From IMG/VR virus record IMGVR_UViG_3300043427_001796: 64,000 nucleotides of DNA, one strand, 5' to 3'. Positions 47,977-58,758 of the stretch are shown one piece after another. A model generated the notes under the pieces. That model ran no database searches, was not told the origin of the DNA, and worked only from the letters and a program-made list of their open reading frames with translations. The number at the start of each line of letters is the position of its first letter. Position 1 is the first letter of the stretch. A program made the position numbers and the translations under genes. The DNA comes from a virus.

Positions 47977-48467
47977 TAAAAGCTTTTGAAAATGTATTTT
48001 GTGACCAGCAACGTGATGAAATACAAAATTATTTGAGATCATCTTCCTGGCGTTATGGACATGTCAGTAAATCGGGAGATGACAACAAGAAATTTTGGAT
48101 TATGAATCTAAATGATCATGATTTTTTCACTAAACATTTGTTTGGATGCATAAAAGATCTAATTCAAATGGATGTTACTCTCTTGAATGTTTATGCTAAT
48201 GGTCAAACATACGGACAATCTGGATCGTGGCATTTAGATTCTAATTCAAGCAATGAATATACTTTTTTGTTTTATGCAAATCCTCACTGGAACGTTAGTT
48301 GGGGAGGGGAGACGGTGTTTAATTTAAATAATGCATTATATTATTTTATACCAAAACCAAATACTGGACTATTATTTCCTGCAAATATTTGGCACTATGC
48401 AAAGTCTCCAGAAAAAGATTTTTTTGATCTGAGAACTACAATAGCTTTTAAGCTGAAATTAGCGTAA
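47973..48467 (+). CDS. 2OG-Fe(II) oxygenase
   Basis: NGQT.GQ.G.WHLD, WGGET.F, H....P...RTTIAFK. Confidence 0.85.
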   Translation: MIKAFENVFCDQQRDEIQNYLRSSSWRYGHVSKSGDDNKKFWIMNLNDHDFFTKHLFGCIKDLIQMDVTLLNVYANGQTYGQSGSWHLDSNSSNEYTFLFYANPHWNVSWGGETVFNLNNALYYFIPKPNTGLLFPANIWHYAKSPEKDFFDLRTTIAFKLKLA

Positions 48468-48474
48468 TGGGATA

Positions 48475-48533
48475 GTGTGCAGTCTGCAAACTGGCACACA
48501 CCCCTTGACGTGGGCGGCAAATGACCCTATAGT
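48475..48533 (+). promoter_or_regulatory. dyad motif plus sigma70-like promoter
   Basis: GTGTGCAG-N8-CTGGCAC-N7-TTGACG-N17-TATAGT. Confidence 0.75.
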
Positions 48534-48555
48534 ATGAAGACAAACGTGATTCGTT

Positions 48556-49809
48556 ATGAACCTCCGTCCCCACCAGCAACGTGCTCTCGCCGCTATGGAG
48601 AAGCATAACACGGGTCGTATTATCATCCCTACGGGTGGTGGTAAGACTCTGATTGCTATTGAGGATCTCAAGCGTCGTCTGCTCGCTTCTGATGCCCCTA
48701 AGACTGCTGTAATCGTTGCTCCCCGCATTCTGCTTGCTAACCAACTCTGCGAAGAGTTCTGGTCTGCTCTGAATGGTGATGTTCATGCTGCTGTGGGTCA
48801 CGTTCACAGCGGTGAGACTGATCACTTTCACAGCACCAAACCTGCTGTAATTCGTGGTTTCAACGATGTCACTCTGAACGCTGGTCTTCACTGCCTGCTG
48901 TTCACCACCTATCAGTCTCTCAATCGTATTGTTGAGAGTGAGATTGATGTGGACTTCGTTTACTTTGACGAGGCACATAACAGCGTTCGTCGTGATTTCT
49001 TCCCGACTGTTGCTGACGTTGCTGGTAACGCCACCAACGCTTATTTCTTCACTGCTACGCCTAAGTATCACAACAATCCTTATGCCAATGGTATGAACAA
49101 TACCATGGTGTATGGTGAGGAACTGATCAGTGTGCCTGCTCCTGAACTGATTGAGAACGGCAGCATTCTTCCTCCTACCATCAAGTCGCACAAAGTAGAC
49201 TTTGCTCGCCAAAAGTCTCTTGCCGCAGCTGACAATGACAAGCAAGTTCTGCTTGACATTATTGACGAACTGGATGACGAACATGCCCAGAAGATTCTGG
49301 TTGCTGCTCCTAACACTAAAGTTCTGTGGCGTCTGCTGACCAAGACTGATGTGATCTCTCACTTCACTGCTCATGGTTACAACGTGCTTCATATCACTGC
49401 GAAGCATGGTGCCTATGTCAATGGTCAGAAAGTTGGTCGTGAGGTGTTTTTTAACACTATGACCAAGTGGGGCGAAGATCCTACTATCAAGATGATCATC
49501 TTCCACTACAGCATTCTTGCTGAGGGTATCAATTGCCCTGGTCTCACTCACACCATCCTGCTGCGTTGTCTGCCCGTCATTGAGATGGCACAGACCATTG
49601 GGCGTGTGATTCGTCTTGACCGCCGTGATGCTGCTGATATTGCCTCTGGCAAGATTGCTGCTGGTGCGTGTGAGTTCTATCGTAAGAAGACTGGTTTCGT
49701 GACTGTGCCTGTGTTCGCCAACTATGGTCAGCGCACTGAGAAGCGTCTTCAAGCGATCATTGAGAACATCTTCATCAAAGGTATCGCTGCTACCGAATAT
49801 TCCATCTGA
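48556..49809 (+). CDS. superfamily 2 helicase (ResIII/DEAH-like)
   Basis: LRPHQ, PTGGGKT, DEAH, TATP, EGIN, QTIGRVIR. Confidence 0.92.
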   Translation: MNLRPHQQRALAAMEKHNTGRIIIPTGGGKTLIAIEDLKRRLLASDAPKTAVIVAPRILLANQLCEEFWSALNGDVHAAVGHVHSGETDHFHSTKPAVIRGFNDVTLNAGLHCLLFTTYQSLNRIVESEIDVDFVYFDEAHNSVRRDFFPTVADVAGNATNAYFFTATPKYHNNPYANGMNNTMVYGEELISVPAPELIENGSILPPTIKSHKVDFARQKSLAAADNDKQVLLDIIDELDDEHAQKILVAAPNTKVLWRLLTKTDVISHFTAHGYNVLHITAKHGAYVNGQKVGREVFFNTMTKWGEDPTIKMIIFHYSILAEGINCPGLTHTILLRCLPVIEMAQTIGRVIRLDRRDAADIASGKIAAGACEFYRKKTGFVTVPVFANYGQRTEKRLQAIIENIFIKGIAATEYSI

Positions 49810-49819
49810 TTTTATCACC

Positions 49820-50014
49820 ATGACATACTACAAACCATATACACCTGAGTGGAATCGTCAGAGGTATCTGCGAGAAGCACTTTACACATACATTGAGGAT
49901 GGTGTTGATACTGATACTATTCTTCAAGAGATCTGTGATATTGTTTATGAACGCTCTGAGCAATCATATCAGGACTTTGCTAAGTGTAATGATCTAGCAG
50001 AACGATTTAAGTGA
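49820..50014 (+). CDS. hypothetical protein
   Basis: MTYYKPYTPEW.R.RYL. Confidence 0.6.
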   Translation: MTYYKPYTPEWNRQRYLREALYTYIEDGVDTDTILQEICDIVYERSEQSYQDFAKCNDLAERFK

Positions 50015-50047
50015 CCCGTGCTAAATAACCCTATATGGAGATTACAT

Positions 50048-50368
50048 ATGCTCTCTACGCAATATCGCCTTCGTCTGGAAGGTATTGGTAAGAAGATTGC
50101 GCTTCATGAGGAAGTCAGTCTGGAAGACATGATCTGGGCAGAGAAATTGGCAAAAGCAAATCGCTCTGCTGCTACCATACTCCGTCAGGCAAGAAGAAGG
50201 GCAGAGAATCCTGATATGGTGGAGGGTGATCTAGATGACTTTCTAAATCAGCTGGATATTGGTGGAACAGGACATGAATCCAAGGGAATTAGTGGATTCA
50301 ATAGTGTAGATGAGATTGCCGATTGGTTCAAGCAAGATAAACCCGAAGACTGGAGGCAGCGTGACTGA
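50048..50368 (+). CDS. conserved hypothetical protein
   Basis: MLSTQYRLRLE...DMIWAEKL; GGAG RBS. Confidence 0.7.
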   Translation: MLSTQYRLRLEGIGKKIALHEEVSLEDMIWAEKLAKANRSAATILRQARRRAENPDMVEGDLDDFLNQLDIGGTGHESKGISGFNSVDEIADWFKQDKPEDWRQRD

Positions 50369-50588
50369 ATTTTACTACTACGCATTACTCACCATATTTG
50401 CTGTTGTAGTGTATATGATGGCAGTTGATGAGAATGTTGGTAAGTGGATTCTGTTACAAGTTCAGTTGATCCGTATCAATATCATCAAACGCTGGTTTGT
50501 CTTGACATTAGGCATCCGTATACGCTATGATAACTACAAACTCAAACGTGCTCTAGAGAAGATACGAAAAGACTACAACATTAAGTAA
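50361..50588 (+). CDS. hypothetical membrane protein
   Basis: N-terminal TM segment; GTG start overlaps the upstream stop. Confidence 0.5.
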   Translation: MTEFYYYALLTIFAVVVYMMAVDENVGKWILLQVQLIRINIIKRWFVLTLGIRIRYDNYKLKRALEKIRKDYNIK

Positions 50589-50589
50589 T

Positions 50590-50805
50590 ATGAATGAAGA
50601 AGATTTTTGGATTGATGATTGCTTTCGTGTCCAGCAGAGTAGATGGGGAACATGGAACAGCTATCTTAAAGATGGCACAGCAGTGATTCTTTCTCTCACC
50701 AAGCATCATTGTGTTCATGCTACACGATGGTATCTGAAGGGCAAGCAAGAAGGATTTAACGAGCCGCTCAAAACTCATGATGGAATTGTAGGAGGTAAAC
50801 TCTAA
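50590..50805 (+). CDS. hypothetical protein
   Basis: Tightly packed ORF ending VGGKL. Confidence 0.6.
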   Translation: MNEEDFWIDDCFRVQQSRWGTWNSYLKDGTAVILSLTKHHCVHATRWYLKGKQEGFNEPLKTHDGIVGGKL

Positions 50806-51011
50806 TGGCGTTATCACAATCAGTTACCGATTCTTTAAAGGAAGCAGAGTATTCTCTGAGAAATGCTCTAGCATATGCTGCGAGAACAGAGAGACCGTCA
50901 ACAGCAAAAAACATTGCTGAGTTGATACATAATATTGATATGTTGATTCGCACTGATGAATTACTAGATCATATTGATGACATGAAGCAATCACTTAAAG
51001 ACAATAACTAA
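50805..51011 (+). CDS. hypothetical protein
   Basis: MALSQSV.DSL.EA...LRNALAYAAR.E. Confidence 0.65.
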   Translation: MALSQSVTDSLKEAEYSLRNALAYAARTERPSTAKNIAELIHNIDMLIRTDELLDHIDDMKQSLKDNN

Positions 51012-51012
51012 A

Positions 51013-51222
51013 ATGGACATCCATACACATATTGAAAAAGACAGACAAATTTTAGGAGATCCTATGGTATCTTCTCAGTCTCGCCGTCATGTTGAAGAAG
51101 AATTAGAGTCTCTGGAGCGTTATGCTGCTTCTCATCCAGACGATGAGCATGACCCAACTGCTCTAGAACTCTATTGTAACGATAATCCGGAAGCATTGGA
51201 ATGTAAAGTTTATGACGTGTGA
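51013..51222 (+). CDS. cp12: Calvin cycle inhibitor CP12
   Basis: VEEEL...LELYCNDNPEALECKVYD. Confidence 0.93.
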   Translation: MDIHTHIEKDRQILGDPMVSSQSRRHVEEELESLERYAASHPDDEHDPTALELYCNDNPEALECKVYDV

Positions 51223-51526
51223 AATTGATCCATCTTTGAACACTTACCCACATAATTACATGGAAAAGACTTATCAATCTGTTCGCAAAGATCGTCTTGT
51301 TGATGTCATTGGTGATTATCTCACTGATGAAGAATGTTCAGCAGAACAATTCTATAACGAATTAGTTGGTGAAATTGATACCTGGATTGAATATCATCGT
51401 AAATTCCTTGAGAAGGCTAAACTTGTCAAGAAAATGGTAAATGGTCATCGCCCACTGACTTTTGAAGATGACACCATCACCAACTATAGTCCACAATATC
51501 TTGCTGAAGATATTCTCGCGCTGTGA
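51212..51526 (+). CDS. hypothetical protein
   Basis: ORF between cp12 and pebS; start uncertain. Confidence 0.55.
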   Translation: MTCEIDPSLNTYPHNYMEKTYQSVRKDRLVDVIGDYLTDEECSAEQFYNELVGEIDTWIEYHRKFLEKAKLVKKMVNGHRPLTFEDDTITNYSPQYLAEDILAL

Positions 51527-52143
51527 AAAACCTCTGGAAAAACTATAAGCAAGCAATTCACGATACCTTCCCAGAACTCAAACAAGTAGAACTCTGGAAT
51601 CACTGGGAAGGTAAGATGACGATGGATGCTTATGTCTATCGTGGTGGTCATTTCATGCGAACTAGAGAAGCACTGGTCCGCAATGATACTACAGACATTT
51701 ACAATCATGTGCTGTATCCCTACACTGGCAAGAATACACCATGCTTCAGTGTAGACTTGATGGGATTCTTTGAGAACAAAGTGATCATCGTATTTGATTT
51801 CCAGCATCCTGTAGAGAACTATAAGTTCAGTGTTGGTGATAGACTACCCAAAGACACTGGTAAATATAGATTTTTTGAGATGGGAAATCATTTTAGTGAG
51901 CATATCTTTGTTCGCAAATGTACAATGTCAGAGGTTGATAACTATCTGGATGATTTTGTATCTTATTTGTCAGTATACAAGGAAATAGTTTATAACGATG
52001 CTCCTTTTAGTATAGATACATCAGCATACAAAGATTTTGACTCATATATGCGTAAACTTGACCCCATTTCTGGGTATATGAATAACATTTACGACAAAGA
52101 TAAGTCTAAATCATTTGTTGAAGAGTTCCTATTCATTTACTAG
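51523..52143 (+). CDS. pebS: phycoerythrobilin synthase (ferredoxin-dependent bilin reductase)
   Basis: DIYN.VLYP.TG...PCF.VDLM.F...KVIIVFDFQHP, YRFFEMGNHFS, LDP..GYM. Confidence 0.9.
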   Translation: MKNLWKNYKQAIHDTFPELKQVELWNHWEGKMTMDAYVYRGGHFMRTREALVRNDTTDIYNHVLYPYTGKNTPCFSVDLMGFFENKVIIVFDFQHPVENYKFSVGDRLPKDTGKYRFFEMGNHFSEHIFVRKCTMSEVDNYLDDFVSYLSVYKEIVYNDAPFSIDTSAYKDFDSYMRKLDPISGYMNNIYDKDKSKSFVEEFLFIY

Positions 52144-52144
52144 T

Positions 52145-52306
52145 ATGACTAAACCAAACTGGGATCAACTTAAAAGTGTACTATCCACAGAAGAATGTGG
52201 AATGATGAAAGAATTATACAAACGACTAGAAGACTTAGAAGACAAGATTGACATATCTTGCGATGATATTAAAAAGTATGGTGGCAGTTCGCAAACTGGC
52301 ACATAA
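52145..52306 (+). CDS. hypothetical protein
   Basis: Short ORF ending in the dyad motif. Confidence 0.45.
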   Translation: MTKPNWDQLKSVLSTEECGMMKELYKRLEDLEDKIDISCDDIKKYGGSSQTGT

Positions 52307-52359
52307 AACCTCCAATTCACCAAATAATGATGTATTATTGATTTATTGATGCAATTTAC

Positions 52360-52656
52360 ATGAGTAAAGTTACACTACCTAAGGCACCAGATGGATACAA
52401 ATTTGTTGTTCAGCGGGATTTTGATGCTAAGCATCATGCTATCTGGTTACATCATTCTTTTCCGTATAGTTACACAACTGAAGAAGTAAAGACTATCTGG
52501 GGATTTCTTCGCAAGAAGGATATGAAGATTGTATCCCCAGTCAATGCTAAGAAACCCGGTAAACTTGCTGAATTTGTAACACCATATTCTGCCATGCCGC
52601 CGCCGCAGGGTGCCAGTTGTTTTAGTGTCACACACCTCGTCGTCAGCACCACCTGA
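52360..52656 (+). CDS. hypothetical early protein
   Basis: Follows a dyad-motif promoter; AIWL.H...V.TIWGF. Confidence 0.65.
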   Translation: MSKVTLPKAPDGYKFVVQRDFDAKHHAIWLHHSFPYSYTTEEVKTIWGFLRKKDMKIVSPVNAKKPGKLAEFVTPYSAMPPPQGASCFSVTHLVVSTT

Positions 52657-52689
52657 GACCCTATAATAAAGAGATCAAGAGGACAGACC

Positions 52690-53124
52690 ATGACCAGCGC
52701 CACCTTCGATCAATTTGTTGCTCAGCAAGACGCTAAGAATACCATTCAATTGAATGTTACTAAGTGGACTTGGGAACTATGTGAGGCACTGCGTCAGAAC
52801 TTTATTGATTACTCTATTCGGTCTCACGCACTTCGCACATCTGATGTGGAGTATCATGATGCCTGTATTGCTGAATTGAGGCAAGGTAAGTGTAACTATG
52901 ACTTCACTTTTGAGTCGGGTCGTAAGTATCACAAGATCATCATGACTGCGGATGGTTCCCGTTCTGTTCACGCATTTGTGGACAAGAAGACTGGTGAAGT
53001 CTATAAATCTGCCTCCTGGCAGTCTCCTGCTAAGGGTGTTCGTTACGATCTCCGCGTCATTAGTGAGCGTGAATGGTTGTTTGAGAATGCTGACTGGGCA
53101 GGTTCTTATCTGTATGCCCGTTGA
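52690..53124 (+). CDS. conserved hypothetical early protein
   Basis: GRKYHKI...SVHAFVDKKTGEVYK.ASW..PAKGVRY; GAGG RBS. Confidence 0.8.
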   Translation: MTSATFDQFVAQQDAKNTIQLNVTKWTWELCEALRQNFIDYSIRSHALRTSDVEYHDACIAELRQGKCNYDFTFESGRKYHKIIMTADGSRSVHAFVDKKTGEVYKSASWQSPAKGVRYDLRVISEREWLFENADWAGSYLYAR

Positions 53125-53168
53125 CAAGCGGAGATTTCTCTGCTAAATTATAGTAATCCTTCATTCCG

Positions 53169-55298
53169 GTGTTCAAAATGCTTCACGAAGACGATCTCTA
53201 CATTGTTATTGGTCCTCTCGGTATTGCTGTAAGTCTTGATCACACTGGTGGTGTCTATCAGATGCCTATGTGTCAAGATGGCACTCCCGATTGGGATAGT
53301 GAATGGGATATTGAGTGGGATGAGCTAAATCCTACTGAATATGCTCTGTATAAGACCGCATACGATTGTCTGGTTCGTATGTATGAACTCTCTGTAAAAC
53401 CTAACGTGGTATTTGTCAAATGAAAGCACAAAAACTCTCTCAATTTGTAGTGTCTGATCTCCGTCAATGGATGGAGGTTAATTACGACAACATGAGTGTT
53501 CGCCCCAAGGATACTACTTCTACGCGAGAGAAGAAAGTCTTCTGGATCTATCATCACAAGTTTCCCCTGGAGTTTGTGAACGCGATTCAAGAGAAACTTG
53601 ACGGATACAAGTTAGTATCCTATGATCACCTTAACAACAAACTGGAGTGTACACCCATTGAGTAAAGCACAGAAATTATCAGATCAAGTTGAGACTATCA
53701 TGAAGAATCGTGAGCGTAGGTTCATGTATCTGATTCGTAATGGTCGTAATGATGATGCCATTGCTGTAGGCGATGAGTTCATGGAATGGTTGAATCCTGA
53801 TGTAGAAGATCCCATTGTGTGGTATGATGAGGATGAACTGGTAGATCTGTACGAACAACTCAAGAAAGAACAGAAGCGTCGTCGTAGAGGTAAAAGTCAA
53901 TGAAACTCATTAAATTTAATCACCGCTATGATTATGGTCATGACTGGTTTGTTCAAATTTTGAACACTGGTAGACATGTTCCTAGTCCATTCAAAGATTG
54001 GTCACTGATTCAACTATCAGTAAGTTGGAATGATTATGCTTCATGGCCCTATATTCAGATCAAATCTGGAACTGGAACTCTCTTCAGTGTAATGTTTTGG
54101 TGCTACAAATTTGGCATTGACATTGGATTCTTTGAACGCACTTGGAACTTTGATTATTTGGAGAATGTAAATGATGAAAGCGAAGACTAGAGTAATTCTT
54201 GAGGAAGCACTTGAAGAAGGTATCCGCATTGGATATCGTAGATCATTCAAGCATACTGATACTCCAGAAGAACATTGGGTGATAGAAAACATCCAGAATG
54301 AGATTATGAATTGTATTGATTTGCGTTTTGATTTTGAGGAGAACTATCAATGAGCGGCGGGCACTTTGGAAATTATGACTACTACAAAGTAGATCAGTTT
54401 GCTGATGAGTTGGAAGTAGAGATTGAGAATAATGGTAAAGCAAAAGATGATAGTGGATACTATGGTGAGAAATGGTATCCTAGCCATGATCCTGATGTGA
54501 TTGATGTGTTGCGAGAGCAAATCCCCAAACTGCGTAAGATGGCAACGATTATGAGAGACATTGATTATCTCTATAGTGGTGACATTGGCGATGATGGTTT
54601 CCTGCTGCGTATGAAAGAAACTGAGGTGAAGTATGACTTTTGACATGCCTTGGGTTAATCTAACTCAAAAAGAAATCAATGAACTTCGTAATAAGAAGTT
54701 TGAACTTACTGAATATGGTAAAGACAAATTGAGAGAACTTATGAACAATCAAGAACCATATCCTGATGCTATGTTTGAAGAAGCAATGTCTGATCAAGTA
54801 ATGAAAACTGCTCTAGAAGGTATTCATCAGTATGATGGAGCACTGAAAGAACTTGCTGCTTCCGAGAAAGAAGAGTTGTATGAACAACTTGAAGCACTAA
54901 AGAAAGAGAACTTTCAAAAGGTTGCTGAGTGTTGTATAGAAGAATACAATCAAAAGTATGGTGATCATAAAGAAGATCCATATTGGGTCTATATGATTTC
55001 TGAATACTTTGCTACTGGTGAAGGACAAACTATTTGTCTAATGATCACACAAGGACTACCATATGGCAATGACTTTGGACCTGATGACAATTACAATCCA
55101 GTTACCACAAAACAATATCGTGCTGTGAGGGAGTTTCATGAAAAGTTTGGGACATGGCATTTACATGGTCTTCGCTTTCTATCTAAAGAAGCATTCTATA
55201 CTGAGTGTGCTTATTTCATCCCACCTGTGATGATGAAACTCTCCAATGCCAAGTGCTATAAAAACTTCTATAGTCAAGTTCATTATAACTTTGGATAA
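53169..55298 (+). other. run of short co-oriented hypothetical genes (53169, 53420, ~53640, 53900, 54171, 54350, 54633)
   Basis: Overlapping ATGA/TAATG junctions after a TTGACA promoter at 53122. Confidence 0.6.
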
Positions 55299-55304
55299 TT
55301 AAAA

Positions 55305-55868
55305 ATGAAAGACAATCTACCTGACACCACAATCAAACCTATTGATCTTTCACCTGGACGCCACGAGGGACGAGGAGTGCAAGTAGAAGTTTACGAACTT
55401 TCAGATTGTTATAAAAAAATATGGAAATTTTTGCCCGAAATTCCTGATTTTCAAATAGAGCAAGGATTATCACATCATGTTGAAATTATGAAAATAGTTA
55501 ATCCTGATTATATAAAAAGATATGGTTGGGATAAGGATGAAAAAACTGTCTGGATGGAACTTAAAAAAATATCAGGAGATACTGCTGATAAGTTCCCCCA
55601 CACTCCCGAATTTATAAAAAAAGTATATCAATTTTGTTTAGATAATATTAAACAGACTTTTCCTTATGCTCATCAAGATTGGCACTTGGATAATATTATA
55701 GTTGATGGTGATAACATGTCTATGGTAGATTGGGATAATGTAGATTTATATAGCTATCATGAATCAGTAAATAGACTACATGATAATCTTCGCAATTCTG
55801 AACGTGGATTCGGGGAAAAATTTGAACAATACTTACGATCAGAATTACCCGATTCTGAACAATCATGA
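55305..55868 (+). CDS. protein-kinase-like (APH/RIO fold) protein
   Basis: HQDWHLDNII catalytic loop, VDWD Mg-binding motif. Confidence 0.7.
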   Translation: MKDNLPDTTIKPIDLSPGRHEGRGVQVEVYELSDCYKKIWKFLPEIPDFQIEQGLSHHVEIMKIVNPDYIKRYGWDKDEKTVWMELKKISGDTADKFPHTPEFIKKVYQFCLDNIKQTFPYAHQDWHLDNIIVDGDNMSMVDWDNVDLYSYHESVNRLHDNLRNSERGFGEKFEQYLRSELPDSEQS

Positions 55869-57529
55869 CTGACAAAGAACTCTATAATCCAGACGAGTTT
55901 CTTCTGGATGATATTAAATCGTATCACTATGAGGTGATGGATGAAGGGCATCATGTTTGGATGGCATTCTATTTTGAGGATGGTCGCACAGGACACTTGA
56001 ATATCTTCACCAATGATGGTAAGATCAATACGAGATACGAGGAATGGAATGAGATTTGAAACTCAATCAAAGTGGCAAGACTTCCTAGATGGATTTCGTA
56101 ATGTCTTGTGTATTGTAGATTGTTATAATGATGGTGATGAATGGGGTTATGGTGAGTTCTGGGAATCCTTAAGTATTGGATGGTTTCAAGAATACATCTA
56201 TCCATATGATGATCCATACAATTTAACTATCAGTCCAGAACGCAAGTTGAGATTGTCGCAAGAACTACCAAAGATTCTACTCTCAGTAGAGGATTACAAT
56301 GAACTTGTGAGACGAATCAATGAACCACCAGATCCTGCTGTAGCAGAAAGAATAAAAGAACTGATAAATCGTAAAGCACCATGGGACTAAACAAATGAAA
56401 GAACTTCCGGACAAACGTAACCTAGACCTTATGTGGACAGTAGCAACCAGTGGAGCTTTAGAAACTGGCACACGTCCCCACCATGGATTTGCTGAGCTGC
56501 TGTATGATTATCTCACAGACGGAACACTCAACAAATACAACATCAAACTCGATGATGAGAAAAGTCCTAGTCAAACCTAAGAGTAGCAAGGCAAAGAATC
56601 GTCTTGCTAATATAATGGAAAACAATCCTGTTTGTATTGTAGAACAGGATACTGGCGGTGAGTTGTTCCTTGCATCCGAGAATCGTAAATACTTCTTTTG
56701 GGTCAGCACTCGGACTGGAACTAATCGTTTTGGTGATAAATCTGATGCACACTGGGAGATAGTATGATTGATTGTAAAGAAACACAAGATGGTTTTGAAA
56801 TTACATGGGATCCTGATGATCCTGTGGAGTCTGTGTTCAATACCTGGACCGAACAAGACTTTATAAATGTCATTATGGCAGAGTGTAACCGAGTAATTGA
56901 GGAACATGAGAAAAACAAAGAGCAATCTGAAAACTGAAGATCTATTTCCACACTCAAACTTTGGGTATCGCCTAGAGCATAAGGATAGGAATGACAATAA
57001 GATCTGTTGGTTCTGTCATCCTACTCATGTTGGTAAGTATCTTGAAAAATACAAGATTGATGTGAGTCAGTGTAAGATTGATGTGCATCCAGATTATCCA
57101 CCACTAGAGGAAAAACAAGAGAAAGTTAAGAAACCACGCACTACAAAGAAAGACAAGGTATTTGCTGATCTTGACACCTATGTTAAGATCACTGATGTAG
57201 AAGAGAAACCAAAGCGGACACGCAAGAAGACTGCTGAGGCACCGCCAGCAGCGCCCAGGAGCGGCAGGAAGACCCCTGCTAAGACTCCTAAGCAGTCTGC
57301 TGCTGCTCCCGCTGCCAAGACCCCTACAGCGTCCCCTAGGAGCAAGAAAAAATGATTGTATCAACTGATGTGGTTCTGAATAACAAAGAGATTGCATTTA
57401 TTATTGATTTGATGTGGGCAACTGATGAGCGTATTGCTAAACAGATTGCTAACAGGCATGGCGTGAGCGATCAAGAGCTAGAGTGCCACTTGTCAAGGTG
57501 TCTGGGTGCTGCCCTATCGGGCGACTGAC
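55865..57529 (+). other. run of short hypothetical genes (55865, ~56050, 56395, 56552, 56764, ~56906, ~57352)
   Basis: Tightly packed co-oriented ORFs; the ~56906-57355 ORF has a Lys/Ala/Pro-rich histone-like tail. Confidence 0.55.
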
Positions 57530-57560
57530 CTGCTACAATTAATTCATAATCAAACAAACC

Positions 57561-57995
57561 ATGATTCAACTCAATCAAGTTTATAACTTTGAGTGCCCAG
57601 CAGCATTTGGAACTCTCTCGCAAGAGCGTGTGAATAAACTATTCACTGATGGTCGTCGTGCATCTGGTTTTCTTGAATTGCAACTTGAAGAATGGTTTCC
57701 TGAATTGATGTTTGTTGATGGCAAGGGATACGATCATGTAGATCCCAATGGTGTCAAGTATGATGCCAAATGTTTCACTAAAGGTGGTGCCAAATTCTGT
57801 GCATCCAAATATCTTGGTGTTGGTCGGTCTGTTGATATTGATGAGCATCGTGAACATTCTATGAAGATGATCTACATCTTCTGTGATGTGGTAGAATTCC
57901 CTAAGGTTCGCGTTGTATTCAAACGTGGATCTGATCTGACTCAATATACTAAGGGTTCTATTCCATTTGGTGATCGTAATGCTCTATTTGCTTGA
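57561..57995 (+). CDS. putative PD-(D/E)xK restriction-type endonuclease
   Basis: E..L...F...GYDHVD....YDAKCF; overlaps the MTase gene. Confidence 0.55.
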   Translation: MIQLNQVYNFECPAAFGTLSQERVNKLFTDGRRASGFLELQLEEWFPELMFVDGKGYDHVDPNGVKYDAKCFTKGGAKFCASKYLGVGRSVDIDEHREHSMKMIYIFCDVVEFPKVRVVFKRGSDLTQYTKGSIPFGDRNALFA

Positions 57996-58758
57996 TTGTT
58001 TGACTGGTATGAAGCAATTGGAGAACGAGAGTGTTGATGCTATCATCACCTCTCCTCCATATAATCTTAATATCAAATATGGTAAATATTCTGATGACAA
58101 ACCACGCCAAGAGTATATTGATTGGTTGGTAGAGATATTTCGTGAAGGTAAGCGTGTGCTCAAGGATAATGGGCATTTGTTTGTGAACATGGGATATTCT
58201 AATGTTGATCCATGGGTGGGCATGGAGGTCGGTCTTGCACTCAGAAATGATTGGATTTTGCAAAATCACATTAACTGGGTGAAATCTATTCATGTAAATG
58301 ACAAGACAAGCGGACATTTCAAACCAATTAATAGTAAAAGATTTCTATGTCCTACATGGGAGCATCTCTTTCACTTCACAAAAGATGGTAATGTAAATGT
58401 AGATCGTCTTGCAGTTGGTGTTAAGTATGAATACTACGAAGCAAACATTCGTGGTAAGAATACTATTGACACCAAACCAAATTTGAGAGACAAGGGCAAT
58501 TGCTGGTTTATACCATACGAAACTATTAATAGTAAAGAACTCAGAGGCAAGCATCCAGCTACATTTCCAGTTAAATTGGTTGCGGATTGTATTAAACTGA
58601 CTGGTATTGAGAATGGTATAGTTCTTGATCCATTCATGGGCACAGGGACTACAGCAGTTGCCGCAATTAATCTTGATTGGGATTATATTGGTTACGATAT
58701 TGATGCAGACTATATTGATTATGCCAGGCAGCGGATCGAGGCGTGTGCCACCTCATGA
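57979..58758 (+). CDS. DNA amino-methyltransferase, beta class (m4C/m6A)
   Basis: TSPPYN, HPATFP, VLDPFMGTGTT. Confidence 0.93.
   Translation: MLYLLDCLTGMKQLENESVDAIITSPPYNLNIKYGKYSDDKPRQEYIDWLVEIFREGKRVLKDNGHLFVNMGYSNVDPWVGMEVGLALRNDWILQNHINWVKSIHVNDKTSGHFKPINSKRFLCPTWEHLFHFTKDGNVNVDRLAVGVKYEYYEANIRGKNTIDTKPNLRDKGNCWFIPYETINSKELRGKHPATFPVKLVADCIKLTGIENGIVLDPFMGTGTTAVAAINLDWDYIGYDIDADYIDYARQRIEACATS

Noticed and set aside
48448-49821. 457-aa minus-strand ORF
   Set aside because: Antisense shadow of the helicase caused by codon bias; the same applies to 209-901, 4447-5214, 10921-11805 and 17896-18732.
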